Origin: Longimicrobiales bacterium
GTDB taxonomy: Bacteria; Gemmatimonadota; Gemmatimonadetes; Longimicrobiales; Gaopeijiaceae
Length of the DNA stretch: 64,000 nucleotides
Direction of reading: 5' to 3'
NCBI GenBank assembly: GCA_965218295.1
Contig: CBDCKN010000003.1
Location: forward strand, 96,001-160,000
The number at the start of each line of letters is the position of its first letter. Within the stretch, counting starts at the first letter, position 1. Below the pieces are notes generated by a model. It was not told where the DNA came from and did not search any database. It was given only the letters and a program-made list of their open reading frames with translations. Below, piece after piece: positions 28,393 to 37,195 of this stretch. Position numbers and translations under genes: made by a program.

Positions 28393-30822
28393 ATGCAGAG
28401 CGCCTTTCGTTTGATCGCTCTAGGCTTCGGCCTTTTCCTTTCGAGCACTCCCGTTGCGGCACAGACCTCCGTGACCGGCGGACGCTCCATGGGCTCCGCA
28501 GGCTTCGGAGCGGCCGTGGTCGTTGAGGGCGGTGAGATATTCGTTGGTCGTCCGGGTGAAATCTCCCTCTTCCCCATCCCCCCGAACCATACGGGCAGCG
28601 TCCACGTCTTCGGGAGCACCGATAACAGGTGGGAGGAGAAGGCCGTGGTGACGTCGGCCTCCGTCGAGGTGGGTGACGGCTTCGGACAGGCGCTGGCCGT
28701 GGACGGCAACACCATGCTCGTGGGGGCCCCCAAGACGCAGGAAGGGCGGGGCGCAGCCTACATGTTCCGGCGTTCCGGGCCGGCGACACAATGGCAGCAG
28801 ACCGCCGTGTTGCGGACCGCGAAGCGGACGGCTGGAGACGAGCTCGGGGGCTCCGTAGTGCTGAGCGGCGATTTCGCGCTGGTGGGGGCACCGGGTCACG
28901 CGGAGCAAGGCGGCGCGGTCGTCGTCTTCCGGATGCTCGGCGGAGCCTGGACCGAGATCGCCACGATCGAAGGCTCGGACGTCTCGGCGGGTGAGAGGTT
29001 CGGCGCCGCCATGGACCTCGACGGGGAGCGCCTCCTCGTCGGCGCACCGGGACCTTTCCCCGACCTGTTTCTCGGAGGCCCGCCGCCGGCGGCCGGATCC
29101 GCCTACATCTTCGAGCTCGAGGTTGGCGACTTCGTGGAAGTCGCCCGGGTCACGTCCGGTAGAGAGGGGCCCGGCCTGTTCGGCCATTCGGTCGTTCTCG
29201 ACGGTGACGAGGCGCTCATCGGGGCGCCCCTAGGGAACGAGATCAACGGGGTCGTGCACCGTTTCGCTCCGAGCGCCTCGGGGGAGTGGTCGGAGGCCGG
29301 GCGCATCACGGCATCGACGGCCGTTCGCCAGTCCGGGTTCGGCATGGCCGTGGCCAGGGCCGGCGAGGATCTCTTCGTGGGTGCACCCCTTGCCGGAATG
29401 GCCTATGTCTTCCGGGCTTCCAGTGGGGGTGATTGGCAGGAGCTGCAGACACTGACTATGACGTCTCCGATGTCCTTCATGGGAACGGCCATCGCCGGCG
29501 GCGAGGACTTCGCCGTCGTGGGAGCCCCGGGAGCCGACTTCTTCGCGGGAGTGGGCAACCTGTATGGACTCGAGAGCGCCGGCGGCGAGTGGGTGGCGAT
29601 CGAGGCGCTCATCGACGAGGGCGGTGGCATGGAGGGTATCCTCGGGTCGCCCGAGGACTGCAGTGACGGCGGGACCGTCGGGGGCTTCGACTGTTCCGAG
29701 GTCGACCTGGTCTCCTTCCTGCCGGTAAAGGACCTGGGCGGAGCCCGGGGAATCATGGTGAACGACATCTGGGGTTGGACCGATCCCGAGACCGGAATCG
29801 AGTACGCCCTGGTGGGGCGCATGGACGCCATGACCTTCGTCAGCCTCCAGGATCCGGCCAACCCACTCTACCTGGGCGAGCTTCCCCTTACCGAAGGTGC
29901 CACGGCGAACATGTGGCGCGACGTGAAGGTGTACGCCGACCATGCCTTCATCGTGGCAGACGGCGCCGGGCCGCACGGAGTCCAGATCTTCGATCTCCGT
30001 CAGCTCCGCGACGTGGAGAATCCGCCCGTGACGTTCGGAGAGACGGCTCACTACGACGGTATCTTCAGTGCCCACAACATCGTGATGAACGAGGGCTCGG
30101 GCTTCGCTTATGTCGTCGGTGCGAGCATGGGCGGCGAGACGTGCGGTGGCGGTCTCCACATGATCGACGTCCGCAATCCCACCGACCCCACCTTCGCCGG
30201 GTGCTTTTCGGACCCGGCCACGGGGCGTGCCGGAACCGGATACAGCCACGACGCTCAGTGTATCATGTACGACGGTCCAGACACGCAGCATCAGGGGAAG
30301 GAAGTGTGCTTCGGTGCCAACGAGACGGCCCTCAGCATCGCCGACGTCTCGGACAAATCGAACCCCGTTCCGATCGCCACGGCGACCTACCCCAACCTAG
30401 GCTACGTCCACCAGGGCTGGATCTCGGACGACCACCGCTACTTCTACGTCAACGACGAGCTGGACGAGCTCTCCGGAGTGGAGCGCACTCGGACGCTGGT
30501 GTGGGACATCGAGGACCTGGACGATCCCGTTCTGGTCAAGGAGCATTTGGGCGAGACGTCGTCGTCCGACCACAACCTCTACATCCGGGGCCAGTTCATG
30601 TACCAGTCCAACTACGTGAGCGGTCTCCGAATTCTGGACATCTCCGATCCGGCCAACCCGAAGGAAGTAGGATTCTTCGACAGCGTCCCGGTGGGCGAGA
30701 ACTCTCCCGGGATCGCGGGTTCCTGGAGCAACTACCCGTTCTTCCAGAGCGGAGTGATCGTCTTCACCAGCATGCGTGAAGGGCTCTTCGTGGTGCGGAA
30801 GCGGAGGCAGCCCGTGTTCTAA
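28393..30822 (+). CDS. Choice-of-anchor B domain protein with N-terminal FG-GAP propeller
   Basis: Repeated FG..VA.DG...LVGAP; NDIWGWTDPETG.EYALVG, WRDVKVY, SAHN, YSHD, YVHQGW, DHN, GSWSNYPFFQSG. Confidence 0.9.
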   Translation: MQSAFRLIALGFGLFLSSTPVAAQTSVTGGRSMGSAGFGAAVVVEGGEIFVGRPGEISLFPIPPNHTGSVHVFGSTDNRWEEKAVVTSASVEVGDGFGQALAVDGNTMLVGAPKTQEGRGAAYMFRRSGPATQWQQTAVLRTAKRTAGDELGGSVVLSGDFALVGAPGHAEQGGAVVVFRMLGGAWTEIATIEGSDVSAGERFGAAMDLDGERLLVGAPGPFPDLFLGGPPPAAGSAYIFELEVGDFVEVARVTSGREGPGLFGHSVVLDGDEALIGAPLGNEINGVVHRFAPSASGEWSEAGRITASTAVRQSGFGMAVARAGEDLFVGAPLAGMAYVFRASSGGDWQELQTLTMTSPMSFMGTAIAGGEDFAVVGAPGADFFAGVGNLYGLESAGGEWVAIEALIDEGGGMEGILGSPEDCSDGGTVGGFDCSEVDLVSFLPVKDLGGARGIMVNDIWGWTDPETGIEYALVGRMDAMTFVSLQDPANPLYLGELPLTEGATANMWRDVKVYADHAFIVADGAGPHGVQIFDLRQLRDVENPPVTFGETAHYDGIFSAHNIVMNEGSGFAYVVGASMGGETCGGGLHMIDVRNPTDPTFAGCFSDPATGRAGTGYSHDAQCIMYDGPDTQHQGKEVCFGANETALSIADVSDKSNPVPIATATYPNLGYVHQGWISDDHRYFYVNDELDELSGVERTRTLVWDIEDLDDPVLVKEHLGETSSSDHNLYIRGQFMYQSNYVSGLRILDISDPANPKEVGFFDSVPVGENSPGIAGSWSNYPFFQSGVIVFTSMREGLFVVRKRRQPVF

Positions 30823-30825
30823 GGG

Positions 30826-32592
30826 CTACCTTTGGGGGGCTGGCTCCACAGTAAAGTTCATGGACATGCCGGACCCCACGTGCTCCGGGATCTGGCAATT
30901 GAACATCCAGGTCCCGGGGTTGGACATCTCCACCAGAAGATCCATAGTGGTGCCGACCGGGATCAGGACGGTGTCCCTCCACACGAGATTCTGTGTCTGC
31001 ACTCCGTCCTGCTCGACCACCGCGAAGCGTTGACCGTGGAGGTGCAGCGGATGGCTCATGGGATGCCAAGACTCGTGTGTGTTGTAGATGCGGATCTTGA
31101 CGATGTCCCCTTCCTTGAACCGCCACCCGAACGCCGGCCCGAGGTCGCGGGGTGACGCGTCGGGGTCGGGCTCGTGCATGAGCCACATCACGTTGATGCC
31201 GGTGGAAAGCCAGTTCATCATCGGCATGGCGTCGTTGAACTCCACCGGCGGATAGAAGAGCGTGTCTATCTCCATCATCAGGATGACCGGGATGGGAAGC
31301 TCGCCGATCTTGAGAGACAGGACGAGCTCCTCGTCTACTTGCCGGTTCGCCTCGGCGCGCACTGCCTCGAACTCGGCGATCACCTCGTCGTTGGACCGGA
31401 GGGTCTCGAACGCCGCGCTGAAGTCTTGATCGGTGCTCTCATCGGACACCACGAACACGCCTAGCGTATCGACCTGGTAGAAGTACTCTCCCATCCAGTG
31501 ATCGACGGCGGTGATCCGGTTGGTGAGCGCGTACTCGCCCGGCTCGTCGAACTTGGCGTCGACGACGTAGCGCTGGCCGGGAGCGATGATCACGGTGGGT
31601 GTCATCTCTTCCCGCTCGAACCGACTGAGCCCCCCAGCCAAGAGCTTCATCGGGACCCCGCCCTCGATCCTGAGGTTGTAGTTCCTCGTATTCGACGCGT
31701 CGGTCAGGAAGAGCCGTACGACATCGCCTTTCTTGACGGTCTTCTGGAATCCGGGCCGCCCGTTGACCAGGATGACGTTGCCGAACCGCCCCATGAGGGC
31801 GTTGGTCGGCGCTTCGAGCCCGAAGGGGGTCCAGCCCGTCTCCGTCATGAGGGCGTCATCGATGATCAGCGACTCCTCGGAGTTGGCGGGGCCGTAGTAG
31901 TCGGGATCCGGCGAGTCGACGATGATGCTGCCGTACAGTCCCAGATCCTGCGCGATGTGCCCCCGCTGATGCGGGTGATACCAGAACACTCCGGCATCCG
32001 GGAAACGGACGTGCGCCGTGTAGGTGCTCCCCACCCGGACGGGCCTCTGGGTCAGGCCCGGAACCCCGTCGTATCGGTTCTCGACCCGCACCCCGTGCCA
32101 GCGCAGGGTGGTCGCGAAATCGACGTTGTTCGTGAACTCCACCACGATGGTCGCGTCCTGCGGCACTCTCAGCGTCGGGCCCGGGAACTGGCCGTTGAAA
32201 CCGTACACCTTGACCATCCGGCTGCCGATCATCCCGTGCAGCACCCCGGCTTCGAGCCGCAGCGTATCCCCGTCGGCCAGCTGTACCACCTCAGGAGCAC
32301 GAGCCCTCGGCAGCACGCCGATGTCCAAGTCCGGACCCGGCAGAAATGGCGAGACGTTGGGTAGGATCCCCATGAACGGGGCCATCATGGCTGGATTCAT
32401 CCACGCGGGGTGCGGCGGCATCGTCCACACCAGGCTGTCGCCCATGTCCATGGCGTGGGCGGCGTGGTCCATCTCCTGGCTCCACACCTGACCTGCGAGG
32501 AGGGCGAGGCCGAGGACCAGTGCCCCCGAAATCCGATATGATCTCCGCGGTCCGATGGACCGCCGGCTGTCCGTCTTGCGCATGCGCATCAC
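30826..32592 (-). CDS. Three-domain multicopper oxidase homolog with degenerate T2/T3 ligands
   Basis: FNGQFPGPTL, RWHG, DGVP, WYHPH, HPLHLHGQRF, NPGTWMFNCQIPEHVGSGM; Met/His-rich N-terminus. Confidence 0.9.
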   Translation of the reverse strand: MMRMRKTDSRRSIGPRRSYRISGALVLGLALLAGQVWSQEMDHAAHAMDMGDSLVWTMPPHPAWMNPAMMAPFMGILPNVSPFLPGPDLDIGVLPRARAPEVVQLADGDTLRLEAGVLHGMIGSRMVKVYGFNGQFPGPTLRVPQDATIVVEFTNNVDFATTLRWHGVRVENRYDGVPGLTQRPVRVGSTYTAHVRFPDAGVFWYHPHQRGHIAQDLGLYGSIIVDSPDPDYYGPANSEESLIIDDALMTETGWTPFGLEAPTNALMGRFGNVILVNGRPGFQKTVKKGDVVRLFLTDASNTRNYNLRIEGGVPMKLLAGGLSRFEREEMTPTVIIAPGQRYVVDAKFDEPGEYALTNRITAVDHWMGEYFYQVDTLGVFVVSDESTDQDFSAAFETLRSNDEVIAEFEAVRAEANRQVDEELVLSLKIGELPIPVILMMEIDTLFYPPVEFNDAMPMMNWLSTGINVMWLMHEPDPDASPRDLGPAFGWRFKEGDIVKIRIYNTHESWHPMSHPLHLHGQRFAVVEQDGVQTQNLVWRDTVLIPVGTTMDLLVEMSNPGTWMFNCQIPEHVGSGMSMNFTVEPAPQR

Positions 32593-32674
32593 TTCAGTCT
32601 AAAGCGAAACATCCCCGTCGGCCCACGGATGACCGAGACCGACGGGGATGACCGGTGTGAACCGAGTCGGCTGC

Positions 32675-33211
32675 CTACCCGTTGAAGCCGTACCCGGTGC
32701 AGTTCTCCACCACGAAGGGACCGTGCCCGGCGGAGGTGTGCATCGCCCCACTCCTGGACATGCCTCGGAGCACGATCGGACCCTTCCAGCGCTCGGAGGA
32801 CGAGCCGTCGTCCTCTTCCAGAGAGATGACCAGGAGGAACTTGTTGTATTCGACCTGTCCGTGGACGGTGCCGTCCGCCCCCAGGACACCGAGCCGCTTC
32901 GTCTGGTCCAACGAGGGAGTCGTCACCCAGGCCACGTATGAGCCCCTGGATGGTGCCTTCAAACGGGTCACGCTGATCGCGATATCGCGGACGTAGTCAC
33001 CGTTCTGAGTCAGGTTCACGCCAAAGGGCGAGGGAGTGAACGTGACTTCGCCCACACCCGTGGCCATCCCCGAGCCGGCGACCCGCTTGGTGGTCACCAG
33101 CTCCACCTGGTAGAACACCGGAGAATCGCTGAAGGTGGCGATACACATGCCGGGCGTTACCGGACCGACAGCCTCCAGTACGGCCACCGCGAGAGGAATA
33201 AAGACGTTCAC
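32675..33211 (-). CDS. Hypothetical protein with RskA-C-terminal-like domain and Met/His/Cys tail
   Basis: YVAWV...RLGVL...LVISLEE...GPIVLRG pattern; tail MHTSAGHG...C. Confidence 0.55.
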   Translation of the reverse strand: MNVFIPLAVAVLEAVGPVTPGMCIATFSDSPVFYQVELVTTKRVAGSGMATGVGEVTFTPSPFGVNLTQNGDYVRDIAISVTRLKAPSRGSYVAWVTTPSLDQTKRLGVLGADGTVHGQVEYNKFLLVISLEEDDGSSSERWKGPIVLRGMSRSGAMHTSAGHGPFVVENCTGYGFNG

Positions 33212-33214
33212 GAT

Positions 33215-34561
33215 CTACTCGCTTATAGGACGACGCACGGGCTCATCCCACTTCTGAGCACTGGAGATGTCGGGCATCCCCCACTGCTCACCGTTCCAGC
33301 CCTGGAACCCATCCATCCGGAAGGTCCAGAACCCCGTGCTCATATCGCTGATCAAAATTAGCCCGTCCGCGTTTCTGACGTCTATACCGAAGGCTCCATT
33401 GTAGACCGGGTTGATCAGCGTAGTCCGTGGTCCGATGTAGGTGTCGTAGTATCCCACCGTCACCGGATTTGTGGGATCCTGTAGATTGACGACCTGGAGT
33501 CCGTCGAGGTATCCCGAAACGAACAACCACGGCCAACGGACCTCGTGGTTGTGGACCAGGTTGTTGTAGTCGGCCGTCCATCCCGAGATGGGCCGCCGTA
33601 TGTTGGTGACCTCACCGTCGAGGGCCGGCTTCAGATCGAAGAACCTCAGTGGAGCGAACTGGTACTCCGTTTCGGCGACGACGTACCGGCCGTCGGGGCT
33701 CGGCGTGATAGTGTGGCCGAAGCGCACACCGCTGGTTCCGCTCAACGTGATCCGAAGCTCTGGCGCTTCCGTGTCGGTGACGTCGTAGATGTAGTAGCCC
33801 CCACCTCCTCCCCCGTAGAAGCGGTCTTCATCCGTATCCGGATGGTATCCCACGTAGAAGTCGTGATAGCCCCGGTTGCCCCGGCCCTCACCAGCGCTGG
33901 GATTGGGCACACGGCCGGCCAGGGCCTCCTCGGCAGAAGCGCCCTGAACGATCTTGCCCAGATCGTACATGGGGGCATAGGGTCCGTTGATCGTGGTGAA
34001 GAGCAGCACACGGCCGTCGGAATGCTTGTACACGAAGATGTTGTGGAAGCCACCGGGAGCGAGCGGTTCGCGGATTCTCGCCACTTCCCGGACCGTGGAG
34101 GGATCCGGTAGGTCGGTGACGTCCAGCACGACGGCCCCCAGATCCGCGTTCGGTCCGCCCTGACCGAACTGGAGGGACTGCACCACGTAATAGCGCCCAC
34201 CCACCTTGAAGTGCTTCACGTCCTTCCCGCCGGGTCCGACATGGAGCGCCTGATCTTCGATGCGCCACTCGTAGAGGAGCTTGGGATCCTTGGGATCCTC
34301 GATGCTGATGATGTCCATGCCAAGCGGCCCGACTTTACCCAAGTTCGCCCGCCCGACATAGGCATAGGGCCGCGACAGCTCCTGCTCCACGTCCATGTCG
34401 GTGACGCTGAGCTGCGGGCCGAGGGGCAGGTGCCCCATCACGTCGATGTTGTCGCTTCCCCGTTTCAGAGGTGTCGCCTGGGCGAAGGCAGAGGACGGGG
34501 CGGATCCGAGAATCGTTAGGGCGACGACAACATTGAGGATGCTGGTCTGTGGACGTGACAT
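33215..34561 (-). CDS. LVIVD-repeat beta-propeller protein, paralog 2
   Basis: Signal peptide; MDIISIEDPKDP, VLDVTD, IYDVTD, GLQVVNLQDPTNP repeats; FHN, YHD, GHT, HNHE. Confidence 0.8.
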   Translation of the reverse strand: MSRPQTSILNVVVALTILGSAPSSAFAQATPLKRGSDNIDVMGHLPLGPQLSVTDMDVEQELSRPYAYVGRANLGKVGPLGMDIISIEDPKDPKLLYEWRIEDQALHVGPGGKDVKHFKVGGRYYVVQSLQFGQGGPNADLGAVVLDVTDLPDPSTVREVARIREPLAPGGFHNIFVYKHSDGRVLLFTTINGPYAPMYDLGKIVQGASAEEALAGRVPNPSAGEGRGNRGYHDFYVGYHPDTDEDRFYGGGGGGYYIYDVTDTEAPELRITLSGTSGVRFGHTITPSPDGRYVVAETEYQFAPLRFFDLKPALDGEVTNIRRPISGWTADYNNLVHNHEVRWPWLFVSGYLDGLQVVNLQDPTNPVTVGYYDTYIGPRTTLINPVYNGAFGIDVRNADGLILISDMSTGFWTFRMDGFQGWNGEQWGMPDISSAQKWDEPVRRPISE

Positions 34562-34653
34562 GGGAAGCTCTCTCGCTGTGGATGAAGCGCCGCTCGGTCC
34601 GGAACGCATCGGTCGAAGTGCCCGACAAGCTACGGGGCACTCCTCCCCTCCCG

Positions 34654-36003
34654 CTACTCGCTGATGGGCCTCCGGATCGGATCGTCCCACTTCTGGGCGC
34701 TGGAGATATCGGGCACGCCCCACTGTTTCCCGTTCCAGCCCTGGAAGCCGTCCATGCGAAACGTCCAGAACCCGGTGCTCATGTCGCTGATCATGATCAG
34801 GCCGTCGGCGTTCCGGACATCGACTCCGAACGCACCGTTGAACACGGGGTTGGTCTCGGCAGCGCGAGGGCCGATGTACGTGTCGTAGTAGCCTACGGTC
34901 ACCGGATTGTGGGGATCCTGTAGGCTGAAGATCTGCAGTCCGTCCAGGTAACCGGACACGAACACCAGCGGCCATCGAATCTCGTGGTTGTGGGTCAGGT
35001 TCTTGTAGTCGGCTGTCCAGCCCGAGATGGGTCGGCGGAGGTTGGTGGTCTCCCCGTCCAGGGCGGGCTGCAGGTCGAAGATCCGGAGCGGTGCGAACTC
35101 GTACTCCGTCTCGGCCACCACGTATCTGCCATTGGGTCCCGGCGTGAACGTGTGCCCGCCCCGAACCCCACTGACGCCCGTGAGGGTGATCAGTAGCTCA
35201 GGCTCCTCGAGGTCGGTGACGTTGTAGACGTAATAGCCGCCACCGCCGCCACCATAGAAGCGATCCTGGTCAGTGTCGGGATGGTAGCCCACGTAGAAGT
35301 CGTGGTAGCCCCGGTTGCCCCGGCCCTCACCAGCGCTGGGATTGGGCACACGGCCGGCCAGGGCCTCCTCGGCAGAAGCGCCCTGAACGATCTTGCCCAG
35401 GTCGTACACTTGGGCAAAGGGGCCCGACACGGTGGCGAACAGCAGCACCCGTCCGTCGGAGTGCCTGTAGACGAAGATGTTGTGGAAGCCACCCGGCATG
35501 AGAGGCTCTCGGATCCTGGCGATCTCGCGAACCGTGGACACGTCGGGCAGGCCGGTGACGTCGAGGACGACCCCGCCCATGTCCGAATCCGGACCACCCT
35601 GGCCGAACTGGACCGACTGGATCACGTAGTAGCGGCCGTTCACCTTGAAGTGCTTGACGTCCATCCCGCCCAGGCCGAGGTGCAGATCCGGCTCGTCGAT
35701 GCGCCACTCGTAGAGGAGCTCAGGATGCCCCGGGTCCTCGATGCTGATGATGTCCATGCCCTTCTCGCCTACGCCCCCATAGACCATGCGGCCCACGTAC
35801 GCATAGGGCCGGGAGAGCTCCTGCTCCACGTCCATGTCCGCGACGTTGAGGGCGGGGCCCAGGGGCAGATGTCCGAGCACTTCGATGTTGTCGCTTCCTC
35901 GCTTCATGGGGGTCCACTGAGCCTCGGAAGGCCTTGGGGCGACGGTGGCTAGAGCAACCACGACGGCAACCGTGCCTAGGATGTTGGTCCGCGGGTATGA
36001 CAT
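34654..36003 (-). CDS. LVIVD-repeat beta-propeller protein, paralog 1
   Basis: Collinear with 33215-34561 over the full length, same His motifs. Confidence 0.8.
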   Translation of the reverse strand: MSYPRTNILGTVAVVVALATVAPRPSEAQWTPMKRGSDNIEVLGHLPLGPALNVADMDVEQELSRPYAYVGRMVYGGVGEKGMDIISIEDPGHPELLYEWRIDEPDLHLGLGGMDVKHFKVNGRYYVIQSVQFGQGGPDSDMGGVVLDVTGLPDVSTVREIARIREPLMPGGFHNIFVYRHSDGRVLLFATVSGPFAQVYDLGKIVQGASAEEALAGRVPNPSAGEGRGNRGYHDFYVGYHPDTDQDRFYGGGGGGYYVYNVTDLEEPELLITLTGVSGVRGGHTFTPGPNGRYVVAETEYEFAPLRIFDLQPALDGETTNLRRPISGWTADYKNLTHNHEIRWPLVFVSGYLDGLQIFSLQDPHNPVTVGYYDTYIGPRAAETNPVFNGAFGVDVRNADGLIMISDMSTGFWTFRMDGFQGWNGKQWGVPDISSAQKWDDPIRRPISE

Positions 36004-36023
36004 GAGCGGTTGCTCCCGCATTA

Positions 36024-36099
36024 CCTTCTTGGACATGCAACGGTCGTACGTATACTCACGATATAGAGATACGTATACCTCTCCGAAGAGGAACTCGGA
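36024..36099 (+). repeat. Dispersed ~77-bp element, copy 2
   Basis: Reverse-complement match to 712-788; TTGGAC(36029-34)-16 bp-TATACT(36051-56). Confidence 0.85.
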
Positions 36100-36114
36100 A
36101 GCCGAGATGCGCCC

Positions 36115-36864
36115 TCAATACACCGCCCGACCGCCGCTGAGGTCAAAGGTAAAACCCGTATTGAAACTGGCCTCGGGGGATACGATCCAGGCAGCCATGG
36201 AGGCAACCTCGTCGAGGGTTCCGCACCGTTGCATGGGAATGCGATCGGTCATGTAGGTAACCTGTTCGGGGTCCATCCCCTCCACAAGCGCGGTGCGGAT
36301 GACCGCCGGGGCCAACCCGTTCACCGTCACGCCGGATTCCGCGTACTCCTTCCCCGCCGACTTCACCAACCCGATCACCCCCGCCTTGCTGGCGGAATAG
36401 GCGCACATCCCCGCGTTGCCCTCTTTTCCGGCAATGGACGCAACCAAAAGAATGCGGCCGTATCCGCGCGGCTCCATTGCCTTCAGGGCGTATTTCGTCA
36501 TAAGGAACGACCCGCGCAGATTGATCTCGATCACTTCGTCAAACCCATCCGTGGGAACATCCGCCAAACGGACGCCGTTGGGCCCAACAATCCCCGCACA
36601 ATTGACCATGATGTCGAGCCGTTCCCACTTCTCCACCACATTCGATACACCATGGGAAACAGAGGCCTCTCGGGCGACATCGACGGCGGCCGCATCGACC
36701 GCGATATCCTCGGCGGCGCACGAAGCCACCGCACTCTCCAGCAAGTCCTCCTCCCGATCAAAAATACATACCCGGCAACCTTCCTTCGCGAGCCGTCGGG
36801 TAACCGCGGCACCAAGGCCCTGGGCACCCCCGGTGACGATTGCTACGTGATTATCAAATCTCAT
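36115..36864 (-). CDS. SDR-family oxidoreductase
   Basis: TGGAQGLG, NCAG, YSASK, DLSGGRAVY. Confidence 0.92.
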   Translation of the reverse strand: MRFDNHVAIVTGGAQGLGAAVTRRLAKEGCRVCIFDREEDLLESAVASCAAEDIAVDAAAVDVAREASVSHGVSNVVEKWERLDIMVNCAGIVGPNGVRLADVPTDGFDEVIEINLRGSFLMTKYALKAMEPRGYGRILLVASIAGKEGNAGMCAYSASKAGVIGLVKSAGKEYAESGVTVNGLAPAVIRTALVEGMDPEQVTYMTDRIPMQRCGTLDEVASMAAWIVSPEASFNTGFTFDLSGGRAVY

Positions 36865-37195
36865 TCGTCGCGACCCCAAGGAAGAACACAGATCAGGAGA
36901 GCACCCGGGGTACCCACCGGAGGTGGGTCCAAAGCTCAGGTCTCAGGTCATCGCGCTCGGGCGTGAGCAGGGTAGTGTAGAGGAGTCACCCTCGGGGCAG
37001 CTCGACACTCAGTCCGTCGCGGGTTCGTCAGGCGGCGCCCCAAGCCCAGCACTCGGAAAAAACCTTCGGAAAAGACCTTTGAAATGCCCATCCCTTGCGT
37101 ACAAGCAGTGTACGAGCATATTGGCCCGTAAGCGCATAGTGAACCATTGGAATTCGCATTGAGCCACTATCAACGAGCAAGATAGAGCAATCATT

